From: a candidate division WOR-3 bacterium
GTDB lineage: Bacteria; Hydrothermota; Tepidihabitantia; Tepidihabitantales; Tepidihabitantaceae
NCBI GenBank assembly: GCA_965648905.1
Contig: CBFGIT010000011.1
Span: 1 to 64,000, forward strand
Length of the DNA: 64,000 nt
Direction of reading: 5' to 3'
Part shown: piece by piece, positions 56,341-64,000 of the stretch
Numbering within the stretch: the first letter of the stretch is position 1
Layout of the letters: each line of letters starts with the position of its first letter
The notes under the pieces: generated by a model
The model's database searches: none
Told to the model about the DNA's origin: nothing
The model's input: the letters and a program-made list of their open reading frames with translations, nothing else
Program-made: the position numbers and the translations under genes

Positions 56341-56630
56341 CGGTCTCCCTTGCCACTTGGAGCGCCGTTCTGCTCGTCGCAAGGAGAGCGGTTCGGCCGG
56401 CCCCGGTCGGCGTCGCTCGGGCCGACGCTTGCCCTGGCGTTCTCCCTGCCGCGGTGACTATCCCCGTGCCGGTCGCTCTGGTCCTGGCTCGGGTCTTGGC
56501 CGGCTGCGTCGCTCCGACCTGCGCTCGGGTTTCGGCTCTGACTGCGGCTCTGGTCGTGGTTCCGGTCGCGGTTGGCACCGCCGTCTGTCTCGCTGCTTCA
56601 GGTACTACGCCGCACTGTGAATCGCCGGTC
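56341..56630. repeat. Degenerate 12-bp-period tandem tract B
   Basis: In register from 56342; for example cgctctggtcct ggctcgggtctt ggccggctgcgt cgctccgacctg cgctcgggtttc ggctctgactgc ggctctggtcgt ggttccggtcgc. Confidence 0.78.
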
Positions 56631-56651
56631 AGGGTAGTGGCCGAGTCTCAC

Positions 56652-57011
56652 TTACTCCAGCCAAACCTCCACATGCTCGTCCTTGTCCTCGTCATGCACG
56701 TCAACAATCTTGCCGGTGATGCCCTTTTCCAGCGCCTCGGTCACCACCCGCATGTCGATTTCCTGCTCCTCGATTTTGGCCTTGGCCGAGGCCGGCATCA
56801 TATGCATGCCCCATTTCACCAGGCCGATAGGCAGAGTGATGTTCACGTTGGGCCGGTCTGAGCCGGCCCGGCACACGCGGACCTTGAGGAACCGGTTGGC
56901 CCGGCCGCCTGAGTCGCTCTTGTTCAGAGCGTCGAGCAGCCGTGCCGCGTCGTCCGCGGTTATCTTCTTTTCTTCCAGCAGCTTCAATATCCGGGCTCGC
57001 TCGTCATTCAT
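56652..57011 (-). CDS. SHOCT-like domain protein of DUF2089 operons
   Basis: ERARILKLLEEKKITADDAARLLDAL; FLKVRV, VNITLPI, GKIVDV. Confidence 0.8.
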   Translation of the reverse strand: MNDERARILKLLEEKKITADDAARLLDALNKSDSGGRANRFLKVRVCRAGSDRPNVNITLPIGLVKWGMHMMPASAKAKIEEQEIDMRVVTEALEKGITGKIVDVHDEDKDEHVEVWLE

Positions 57012-57265
57012 CTCGACCTCCGAATCTCGTTCAACGCTCGCTCCACGTCAATCCTGCCCGCCTCTAGGTCGGTAATGACCTGAGCCGCGCTCTTACGCCG
57101 GCACTGCCAGCGCCGCACCCGGCGGAAGATGATGTATGCGCCCAGTACGACAATGAGTAGCGGCCAGTCGCGGCGGAACACCATGTAGGGCACGCCCAGG
57201 GCCGAAAGCCATATCCACAGCCCCACGGCCACCATCACCGCGCCCGTCCATAACGCGCGCCTCAT
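57008..57265 (-). CDS. LiaF/DUF5668-like small membrane protein with SHOCT-like tail
   Basis: G.W.WL..LG....FRRDWPLLIVVLG. Confidence 0.7.
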   Translation of the reverse strand: MRRALWTGAVMVAVGLWIWLSALGVPYMVFRRDWPLLIVVLGAYIIFRRVRRWQCRRKSAAQVITDLEAGRIDVERALNEIRRSR

Positions 57266-57450
57266 CCTCTCCTCCCGCGTCGAATCGCCCACGAGATCCC
57301 CTCGCCGACTGTGAGCAGGCCGACGATGACGATAATCACCGGCCAATCGCGGCGGAAGACGATGCCCGACGTCACGACTCCAAGGTTGGCAAGCCATATC
57401 CACGTGCCGATGGCCATAACGATCAGGCCCCAGATGATTGTCCGTACCAT
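57262..57450 (-). CDS. LiaF/DUF5668-like small membrane protein
   Basis: WGLIVMAIGTWIWLANLG...FRRDWPVIIVIVG; GGAGG RBS. Confidence 0.75.
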   Translation of the reverse strand: MVRTIIWGLIVMAIGTWIWLANLGVVTSGIVFRRDWPVIIVIVGLLTVGEGISWAIRRGRRG

Positions 57451-58343
57451 TAGTCCTCCTTTGAGCTACGAACCGTTATCTCGCCGGTGCGCGTGCGCAG
57501 CGCAATGCTCGCGCTGCCCGCACCGAACTTCACCTTCGCGTAGTTGTCGCGCTGCTCAAGCACTTCGTGCGGAGCAGCGAGGTCGAGCACGACTGCGCCG
57601 TCCTCGTCTGCCTTGGCCTCGAGCACCGCATCCTCGTCTGACCGCAATGCCAGGCTTATGTCGCCCGACTTGGTGGCGACCAGTCCCCGCACCGGTCCTG
57701 CAGCCTCGACCTCGACATCGCCTGACCGGGTTTCAATCATGAGCTCGCCCTGTACGCCGGCCAGTTCCACGTCGCCCGATACCGTCGCGACCTCGGTCTG
57801 TCCGGCATGCTCGGCAATCTCCACGTCACCCGATACCGACTTCACCCAGACCTTGCCGTCGGTTCGGACGATTTCGACGTCACCGGATACGGTCGTGACC
57901 TCGCAGTCAGACCTAACCGGTACGCGGGCATCGACGTCGCTTGAGACTGAGCGGAAGTCAACCGAATCGTCGCCCTCCCTCACTTTGGCCATGCCGCCAG
58001 TGTAGCTTAGGCTCGTGGCGTTGCCTGTCTGCCCTTCGACCTCGACGTCGCCCGAGACGTTGCGCACGACCAGCACTCGCTTACCCGAGAACTGAACCCG
58101 ACGCTCGTCCCCGGTTTCGAGACTGGACTGAACCGCCTTGCTGACCGCGTGGGCCACCATGTCCGGTATCCGGTCCAGCTCCTTCATCGCCAGGCGTCGA
58201 TGCACGCGCGGCGGAACAACCGGCAGTTCGAACTCAGGTTCGTGTCGCCGGGAAGACAGGGCTTCAATCAGCCGCGCGGCCTGGTCTGCAGTTATCTTAC
58301 CGTCCTCAAGCAACTTGAGGATTCTCGCTCTTTCGTCACTCAT
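57450..58343 (-). CDS. DUF4097 beta-strand-repeat protein with N-terminal SHOCT-like helix
   Basis: Repeated (T/S)VSGDVE units; MSDERARILKLLEDGKI. Confidence 0.85.
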   Translation of the reverse strand: MSDERARILKLLEDGKITADQAARLIEALSSRRHEPEFELPVVPPRVHRRLAMKELDRIPDMVAHAVSKAVQSSLETGDERRVQFSGKRVLVVRNVSGDVEVEGQTGNATSLSYTGGMAKVREGDDSVDFRSVSSDVDARVPVRSDCEVTTVSGDVEIVRTDGKVWVKSVSGDVEIAEHAGQTEVATVSGDVELAGVQGELMIETRSGDVEVEAAGPVRGLVATKSGDISLALRSDEDAVLEAKADEDGAVVLDLAAPHEVLEQRDNYAKVKFGAGSASIALRTRTGEITVRSSKED

Positions 58344-58477
58344 CGTAACCTCCTGCTACCACGGTTCGTTCTTTTGGCCACCCGACACCCGACCTGAGTC
58401 GCCAGGCGCCATCTCGCACCGGCGGCCAATGCAATCCTGTCGCGTCACATCCAGGAGCCCTAACACCACGCTGGCCC

Positions 58478-58855
58478 CTAGTTCTCAGGGCTCCCGCCAC
58501 GCAGCATCCTCTCGGCCTCCTCAGCCGTGACCTCACCGCGCTCGAGCATTTCGATGACCTCGTTACGGTCCACGCGCGATGCCTGCTCAGAGAACCCGAG
58601 CGCGGCCAGCACGCTATCAAGCCGGGACCGCACAGTCGGATACGAGATTCCCAGCTCCTTCTCCACGTCGCGAATCACGCCCCGGTTCTTGATGAATACG
58701 ACCAGGAACTGGTACAAGTCATCCGGCAGCCGACACAGGTCCGGCACCGGAAACCGACCCCGCACCGCGGTGCCGCACGACTCGCAGGTCAACTCGGAGA
58801 CAGTCATGCCGGACTCACAGACCGGACACCGAGACACAAGCAGTTTCCTTGGCAT
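58478..58855 (-). CDS. DUF2089 Zn-ribbon/HTH transcriptional regulator
   Basis: CPVC...CESC, F+KNRG.IRDVEKELGISYPTVRSRLD, SHOCT-like end. Confidence 0.9.
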   Translation of the reverse strand: MPRKLLVSRCPVCESGMTVSELTCESCGTAVRGRFPVPDLCRLPDDLYQFLVVFIKNRGVIRDVEKELGISYPTVRSRLDSVLAALGFSEQASRVDRNEVIEMLERGEVTAEEAERMLRGGSPEN

Positions 58856-58869
58856 TCCTAACATCCTTC

Positions 58870-59100
58870 TCAGTTCACGGCCGACGGTGAAGCAAGCGCG
58901 GCCACGCTGCGGCACGCACTCACATACACGGTATCAGTGACCAGACGCGGCATTTCCGCCCTCACGACCACCTCGGCCACGCGGCCCTGACCGTCTGCTT
59001 GGGCTTGGTGGCCGAAAGTCAGGCCCCACATCAACGCACCTGTAATCATGACAGCGGCTGTCATAGCTACTGCGAGGGCCGATTTCACTACATTCTTCAT
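58870..59100 (-). CDS. Small exported hypothetical protein
   Basis: GGAG RBS, signal peptide, EVVVRAEMPRLVTDTVYV. Confidence 0.6.
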   Translation of the reverse strand: MKNVVKSALAVAMTAAVMITGALMWGLTFGHQAQADGQGRVAEVVVRAEMPRLVTDTVYVSACRSVAALASPSAVN

Positions 59101-59220
59101 TGTAGTCTCCGTTCTTGGTTTGTTGAACTAAGTGAATGTATTTCCGCGCTGCGACTCATACCAAACGATATGCGCCCGAAGCAGCACTTGAAATTGTTGA
59201 TGTTCACGTTCATCTTATTC

Positions 59221-59295
59221 ATTATACTAGTTAGATGCACGAAGTCAAGGAGAAGTTTCACCGATATTGATATTATTAATACTAGGATTAATAAT
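59221..59295 (-). promoter_or_regulatory. Sigma70 promoter and candidate operator of the DUF2089 operon
   Basis: Minus strand TTGACT-16-TATAAT (59248-59221); perfect inverted repeat ATTATTAAT-actagg-ATTAATAAT (59272-59295). Confidence 0.65.
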
Positions 59296-59320
59296 CTTGA
59301 CCAGAATGCCGCTCGTATAT

Positions 59321-59347
59321 GTAACAGTTTGCAGATATGCGAGTTAC
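59321..59347. promoter_or_regulatory. 27-bp TAA-N19-TTA IHF-like site
   Basis: GTAACAGTTTGCAGATATGCGAGTTAC. Confidence 0.55.
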
Positions 59348-59521
59348 GTTGATGAACACTGTTGATGGCGCATCATTGGTGCGTACCAGCCGCAGGTGAG
59401 CAGGGCTCTATTGCGCTTGCCGCACAGGCAGGGGGCTGCCGCTTCCCAGGCACCACGCAGCACGGATGACGCCTTGGTCTGGACTGGTTGACAGACGGTC
59501 AGGTCAGAGCTATCTTAGTCT

Positions 59522-60616
59522 GTGGCCCGACCCAGCACCTTCGCCGCAGCCCTGTCTGCGCTGCTTGGCTTGTGCGGCTCTGTTCGAGCCGCGCCCTTGG
59601 TTCTTGGCCGGTGTCCGCTCGACCGGGTTGTTAGAGTAGTGAGCGGCTGCTTCACGGCTGCCAACACCCAATCCCTGCTCCTCGTTCAGGACCTGGGGCG
59701 GGTTGAGCTCTCGCGTCCGTCTCGCTCCGAACGCTCCGACCTCAGCCTGCTGCGACTCGCTGTGGTTCAACCAGGCGCTGCCGGTTTCTCGTCTGTCTGG
59801 ATAAGTGAGCCGCTTGCCAGCCCTGGCCCGGCCCGCCTCGACCTTTCCGGCACAGCCTGGACCGCGGGCGACCTGGACGGCAACGGTCGGGACGAACTGC
59901 TCCTGTTCGGCGGTAACTCGTGCCGAGTGCTCAGATTCGACCACGGCAATGTGATGGAGGAAACCCTGACCTTCCCCGGTTCAGCCGTGACCGCGGCCGC
60001 GGTCTGCGACGTGAACAACGACGGCGTCTCCGACATCGCCACCATCGAGATGCCGGAGCAGCAGTATGGCGACGCATCGCGCCTCGTGCGCGTGTACCAG
60101 CAGGCGGGCAGCCAACTGGTCCCGCATCAACCATACTCCATCGGTCTCAACTGGGGCGCTGAAACACGCATTGCCCTGCTCGGCGCAGCCCGGCTCGATG
60201 ACTATCCGGGCACCCTACCGATGTTCGCCGGTATCCGCGCAGACCTACGACCTAGCGTCTATGCCGTGCTCTACGAACCACGACCTGACTCGCTGGCTTT
60301 CACGGCGAACCCGTTTCCGTGGCAGGAGTGGTTCTCGAAGACTCAAGTTCTGCCCGCGGGCGAGCTGAGCCTGTTCAACGTCGGTGATACGCTGGTCGGA
60401 TACGGCTACTTTGTTCCGGGCTCAAGACCTTCCGGGCCGTCACAAAGCTTCGCCGCGCTCCGAGACGGCGAATGGCGCCTGCTCAATCTTACTGATGAGG
60501 CTGCGCGCCTGTCCGGTCCGGTCTGCCGGTTCCGCCACGACGGCACTGACGGCTGGCTCGAACTCCGCGACAACCTCCTCTACTTCTATCCCGGCGAAAT
60601 CTTCTACTGGCGCTAG
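59522..60616 (+). CDS. Secreted protein with FG-GAP-like Ca-binding motifs
   Basis: Signal peptide, GDLDGNGRDELL, DVNNDGVSDI; promoter TTGACA-17-TATCTT 5 nt before GTG. Confidence 0.7.
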   Translation: MARPSTFAAALSALLGLCGSVRAAPLVLGRCPLDRVVRVVSGCFTAANTQSLLLVQDLGRVELSRPSRSERSDLSLLRLAVVQPGAAGFSSVWISEPLASPGPARLDLSGTAWTAGDLDGNGRDELLLFGGNSCRVLRFDHGNVMEETLTFPGSAVTAAAVCDVNNDGVSDIATIEMPEQQYGDASRLVRVYQQAGSQLVPHQPYSIGLNWGAETRIALLGAARLDDYPGTLPMFAGIRADLRPSVYAVLYEPRPDSLAFTANPFPWQEWFSKTQVLPAGELSLFNVGDTLVGYGYFVPGSRPSGPSQSFAALRDGEWRLLNLTDEAARLSGPVCRFRHDGTDGWLELRDNLLYFYPGEIFYWR

Positions 60617-60922
60617 GCCGCATCTCAGCAGACCCGGCGTCGACGCGACGCTGCCTGCGGCCTGCCCAGTTGCCACCGCCAGCCATGCCGAGGCGCGTGG
60701 CTGCAGGAACGCCTTGGCCCGGACTTGCCTTCCGTGTCTGATGTGGTTCAATCGAGGGGCAAAGGTCTTGTCATGAACCACCACCAATCGGCTTCGCCGC
60801 CGGCCTGCCCGCGCCGCGGCAGGCGGGCGCGCGATGCTGTGCGCCAAGGCGGGCTGTTGTCCATTTCCGCGGGCTCTCCCCGAGCCCAATCCAGACCAGC
60901 GTCCCTACAAGAGGAGGACTAG

Positions 60923-61060
60923 ATGCGAAGAGGTGCAATGTGGCTGGCAGCAGTCCTGCTGCTGGCCGGGCAAAGCGCATACGCCGTCGAGCCGCCTGCA
61001 GTGCAATGGTCACGGGCCTTTCAGTCGTATGACAGCAAGGTGCGAGTTCCCTCCCCATAG
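60923..61060 (+). pseudogene. Truncated remnant of a secreted beta-propeller gene (45 codons)
   Basis: GAGGAGG RBS; MRRGAMWLAAVLLLAGQSAYAVEPPAVQWSRAF then an early TAG; the mature start resembles EPPDTLWLRLF of 43154..44542. Confidence 0.55.
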
Positions 61061-61252
61061 CTGGTTCGAACGACTTATGAGACAGTAGGACTGCCACCCC
61101 GGCGACGACTCCACGCAGCCGGCGCAATGACCAGCGCGAGAACGTGCGGTCGATGCTCCCTCCATGGTCATCACTTCCTGCATTGTGCCGGGCCGGAATG
61201 GAACTGACGACGCGCCTTGACACCCGGTCTTGAGGGTCTATAATATCCGCGC

Positions 61253-62362
61253 ATGACCGACGAAGAGTTCTTCGAGACACTCATGGCGGAGTGCATCAAG
61301 AGGAACGCATCCGACCTGCACCTCACTGTTGGCCGACCGCCAACGCTCCGCATTGACGGGTTCCTCCATCCGGTCGAAGGATGCCCGGTCCTCACCCCGG
61401 AAATGACCGAGAGCTTCAAGAACATATCGACCAAGGACCTGCGCCACCTGCGGGCGCAGATTGACAACGGCGGGGGCGGTGACTTTGCCTTGAGTTTCAA
61501 GGGTATGGCCCGGTTCCGGGTTGCCGTGTACAAGCAGAAGGGCTACTTCGGCATGGCGCTTCGGCTCATTCCGCGGCGCATCCTCAACTTCGACGAGCTG
61601 TTCGTATCTCAGCACTTCGCCCCGCGCATGAAGGCCCTGCTCGACCGTCCTCATGGACTTATCCTGGTCACCGGCCCGACCGGCCAGGGCAAGACCACGA
61701 CTCAGGCGACCTTTGTTGACTACATCCTTGAGAGCCCCCGACATGTGCTCACCATCGAGGACCCGATTGAGTTTGTCCACGACCACAAGAATGGCCTTGT
61801 CACGCAGCGCGAGGTGGGAATTGACGTGTCGTCTTTCCGCGAGGCCATCATGAAGGGTCTCCGTTCAAACCCGAACGTCATCCTCGTGGCCGAAATCCGC
61901 GACCTGGCAACGGCCGAGGCGACAATCTGGGCCGCAGAGTCGGGCCACCTTGTTATCGGTACGCTCCACACGACCAATGCTCCGGAAACGATCACCCGGT
62001 TCATCGACATCTTCCCACCGGAAATCCGCGACCAGATCCGGATTCAGTTCTCTATTTCTCTGCTGTGCGTCATCGCCCAGCGACTGCTTATCCGTGCTGG
62101 CGGCAAGGGCCGGGTTGGGTGCTATGAGATAATGGTGGCAACGCCCGCGGTACGCAACCTCATCCGGGAGCGAAAGATAGAACACCTGCCGTCGGCAATC
62201 CAGACCGGCACAGCCGAAGGCAGCATCTCGTTTGACGCCTACCTCGCCGAGCTCTATCGAGCCGGCAAAGTCACCTACGAAACGGCCATCGCTTCGGCCT
62301 TTGACCCGAAGGGATTCCGCGAACTCGTCGAGTTCGGCACACGGACCACCCTCAAGCGATAG
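61253..62362 (+). CDS. pilT: Type IV pilus retraction ATPase PilT/PilU family
   Basis: ASDLHL, LVTGPTGQGKTTT, TIEDPIE, QREVG, GHLVIGTLHT; promoter TTGACA-16-TATAAT at 61217-61244. Confidence 0.92.
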   Translation: MTDEEFFETLMAECIKRNASDLHLTVGRPPTLRIDGFLHPVEGCPVLTPEMTESFKNISTKDLRHLRAQIDNGGGGDFALSFKGMARFRVAVYKQKGYFGMALRLIPRRILNFDELFVSQHFAPRMKALLDRPHGLILVTGPTGQGKTTTQATFVDYILESPRHVLTIEDPIEFVHDHKNGLVTQREVGIDVSSFREAIMKGLRSNPNVILVAEIRDLATAEATIWAAESGHLVIGTLHTTNAPETITRFIDIFPPEIRDQIRIQFSISLLCVIAQRLLIRAGGKGRVGCYEIMVATPAVRNLIRERKIEHLPSAIQTGTAEGSISFDAYLAELYRAGKVTYETAIASAFDPKGFRELVEFGTRTTLKR

Positions 62363-62481
62363 TCGGTCACACCCTCAGAGTCCTGTTTCTCATTCTGACA
62401 CAATAGGTTAGCCGTTCGGACACCCAGCCGCGGACGGCAGTCGCACAAGTCCGCATCGGCCTCTGGTCTTAGGCCAGAGCC

Positions 62482-62549
62482 GTAACGCAGGCTCAATCAA
62501 TCAGTTATCGGCGGCTGAAGCGCAAATCGGCTTCGGCACGAGCGGTGCA
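62482..62549 (+). promoter_or_regulatory. IHF consensus site plus candidate sigma54 promoter
   Basis: AATCAA-TCAG-TTA (matches WATCAANNNNTTR) ending at 62507; CGGCAC-GAGCG-GTGCA at 62534-62549 with GG-N10-GC spacing. Confidence 0.6.
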
Positions 62550-62559
62550 CTTCACCCAC

Positions 62560-62738
62560 TCACCAATTGATGTGCATCCCTTGCCGTGTGCAAGCTAGGT
62601 CCCTCTGGAATCGCGGCTCGCGACCAGAGCTTTTCTGGCATTGAGGGGCGCGTACCCTTTCGAGTACGCTGCATGAAGGCAGGGGGTGGACGGAACCCTC
62701 AGGTTTGACTCCCCCGGCGACCTGAGGGTTCCTTGTTT
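62560..62738 (+). ncRNA. Candidate structured small RNA, family unassigned
   Basis: Closing helix CATCCCTTGCC/GGCAGGGGGTG and TGTGCA/TGCATG with G-U pairs on the + strand, two inner hairpins, then a terminator. Confidence 0.6.
62692..62738 (+). terminator. Intrinsic terminator-like hairpin (may be bidirectional)
   Basis: GGAACCCTCAGGT...ACCTGAGGGTTCC 13-bp stem followed by TTGTTT. Confidence 0.7.
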
Positions 62739-62767
62739 GCCCGCCGGTTCGCGCGTCGGCAGAAACG

Positions 62768-63436
62768 CTACGTGATTTCGCGGCGTGTCCGCCGGACCGC
62801 AAGCACGGCGTGAGCTCCAGCCGGCTCCCACTCGATATCGGGCAATGACCGGAGCGGTTGGTTGGAGACGTAGAGGACCAGTTCGCCGCGGCCGCACCAC
62901 AGCCCCTGGTACTCGGACCCTGAAGCAGACCACGACGCGACGACCATGATTTCGCTGCCAATCAGGCAGCAGGACAATCCCTTTTCTACGTGCAGCTCAC
63001 GTAGTGCCGCGGTCGTGGTCTCAACCGGCTCGTCTCTTTCGAATCGTGCAAGAACATGCAGAAAGAGTCTCTCGCTTGGGCTGTCTGAATCGGGCAGGCG
63101 ATTTCGGACGTCCAGCTCTTCAGGCCGGACCGCTCCACCGTGATGACAGAATGCCCAGGTCTGTCTCGCCTCACGGCGGGCAAAAGGCTGCATCTCCCGA
63201 ATCGGGATTCCATGGCGGTTCTCCGGCACAAGGACCATCATGTCTGTACGCCGCTCGACCAGTTGGCGGAACTCGGGGTCCTCGCGGCAGGGCAGGGCCG
63301 AGCGGGTGAGCTCCAGCCGGTTACCGTAGCAGTAGGCGATGCCCCAGCCGCCCGGTTCTGGTTCGGGCCGGACCTCGGCGAGGACCGCGTCAATCACCTG
63401 GTTCATCCGGAATCGGCCGGCCGCGGCAATGAACAT
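62768..63436 (-). CDS. Degenerate class II glutamine amidotransferase-like (YafJ/EgtC-like) protein
   Basis: GWGIAY, MQPF, WAFCHHG, DSPSERLF, SNQPL echo GWG.A.Y, N.HPF, F.HNG, TDSE, ASEPL; no N-terminal Cys. Confidence 0.65.
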   Translation of the reverse strand: MFIAAAGRFRMNQVIDAVLAEVRPEPEPGGWGIAYCYGNRLELTRSALPCREDPEFRQLVERRTDMMVLVPENRHGIPIREMQPFARREARQTWAFCHHGGAVRPEELDVRNRLPDSDSPSERLFLHVLARFERDEPVETTTAALRELHVEKGLSCCLIGSEIMVVASWSASGSEYQGLWCGRGELVLYVSNQPLRSLPDIEWEPAGAHAVLAVRRTRREIT

Positions 63437-63444
63437 GGCTTCCG

Positions 63445-63924
63445 CTATATCCCCAGTCTCACGCCCGCACTCGTCGGCCCCAGACTGAATGTCATCTGGC
63501 GGTCGAACTCGTACATCTGAGCCGACACATACGCATGTGCCATTGAGAAGACCACCGTCGCGCCGGTCCACCAGAGCAGCACGGTGCGCCGGTCCCTGAG
63601 TCGAATGTACTCTGCCTCGTTGCCCGCGGCCAGGGCCTCTCGGGCGCGAATGTGCTCCCGAACAGTGAGACCGGCCAGCGTCACCTCGGCCGGCGCGATG
63701 AGGGCCGCCTGCCACCAACGGTGGGTATAAAGCTGCCCCCCGCCCGGAATCAGTAACGAGAGCACGACGGCCGTGCCCGGAGACTTGGCTGGCGGGCGCC
63801 GGGTTGAGACAGCCGGTGCCTGTACTGCTTGGGGTCGGGCAGTAGTGCTCTCCTGCTCCAGGGTCTGAGCCGAACCGGCCGCGAACGCAATCGCAATCAG
63901 AGCGGCAATGCGGCCATGGTTCAT
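63445..63924 (-). CDS. DUF5683/TM2-like membrane protein
   Basis: KSPGTAVVLSLLIPGGGQLY, AYVSAQMYEFD. Confidence 0.75.
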   Translation of the reverse strand: MNHGRIAALIAIAFAAGSAQTLEQESTTARPQAVQAPAVSTRRPPAKSPGTAVVLSLLIPGGGQLYTHRWWQAALIAPAEVTLAGLTVREHIRAREALAAGNEAEYIRLRDRRTVLLWWTGATVVFSMAHAYVSAQMYEFDRQMTFSLGPTSAGVRLGI

Positions 63925-64000
63925 TGGTTCAGGAGGACAATTTCCACTCGGCGATTCAAGGAACGGCCAGCCGCGGTCGTGTTCGGACCGACCGGTCTTC
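63921..64000 (-). CDS. OmpA-family peptidoglycan-binding protein, 3' end only
   Basis: Manual translation RPVGPNTTAAGRSLNRRVEIVLLNQ*. Confidence 0.8.
   Translation of the reverse strand, partial: RPVGPNTTAAGRSLNRRVEIVLLNQ

Noticed and set aside
56330..56578. Small ORFs over the 12-bp tracts (also 828..1028, 22409..22765, 39794..40135)
   Set aside because: Low-complexity products, no clear RBS, and no consistent strand or frame among the four tracts.
60617..60900. Possible fifth 12-bp tract or structured RNA
   Set aside because: No stable register or flanking 27-bp site found by eye; only a GC hairpin near 60800-60830.
62560..62738. 6S RNA assignment
   Set aside because: The 5' end is vaguely 6S-like, but the folded core is only about 120 nt and lacks the large central bubble; left unassigned.
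1..64000. tRNA, rRNA, transposase or integrase genes
   Set aside because: No cloverleaf with a T-loop signature, rRNA-like block or recombinase motif was seen.

Overview
GC-rich bacterial chromosomal segment, most likely from candidate division WOR-3 or a related FCB-group lineage (inferred from a PorV-family gene, a Minf_1886-family gene and a lineage-style C-terminal sorting tail on secreted proteins). It carries housekeeping operons (pyrR-pyrB-pyrC, accA-era, acpP-fabF-etfB-coaE-pyrE, topA, acpS, rfbC-rfbB-ribBA-ribH-nusB, pilT), a six-PAS sensor kinase, a hicBA toxin-antitoxin pair, a DUF2089/DUF4097 envelope-stress operon and at least nine secreted proteins with a T9SS-like tail. I found no rRNA, tRNA, CRISPR array or transposase. 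Main observations: (1) a frameshifted gene at 23048-23346 whose product aligns by eye with the SIRV2-type (Adnaviria) DNA-wrapping capsid protein of archaeal viruses; (2) four dispersed non-coding elements, each an IHF-like 27-bp site followed by about 20-25 degenerate 12-bp units, one next to that gene (12 bp is the reported footprint of an Adnaviria capsid dimer); (3) a secreted FG-GAP-repeat protein split by an in-frame TGA that is followed by a clear SECIS-like hairpin, a candidate selenoprotein with a U-C-x-x-x-C motif; (4) two candidate sigma54-driven small RNAs; (5) REP-like palindromes and heptamer repeats inserted in frame into secretion tails; (6) widespread leaderless gene starts. 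All family calls come from motif recognition by eye, not from database searches.
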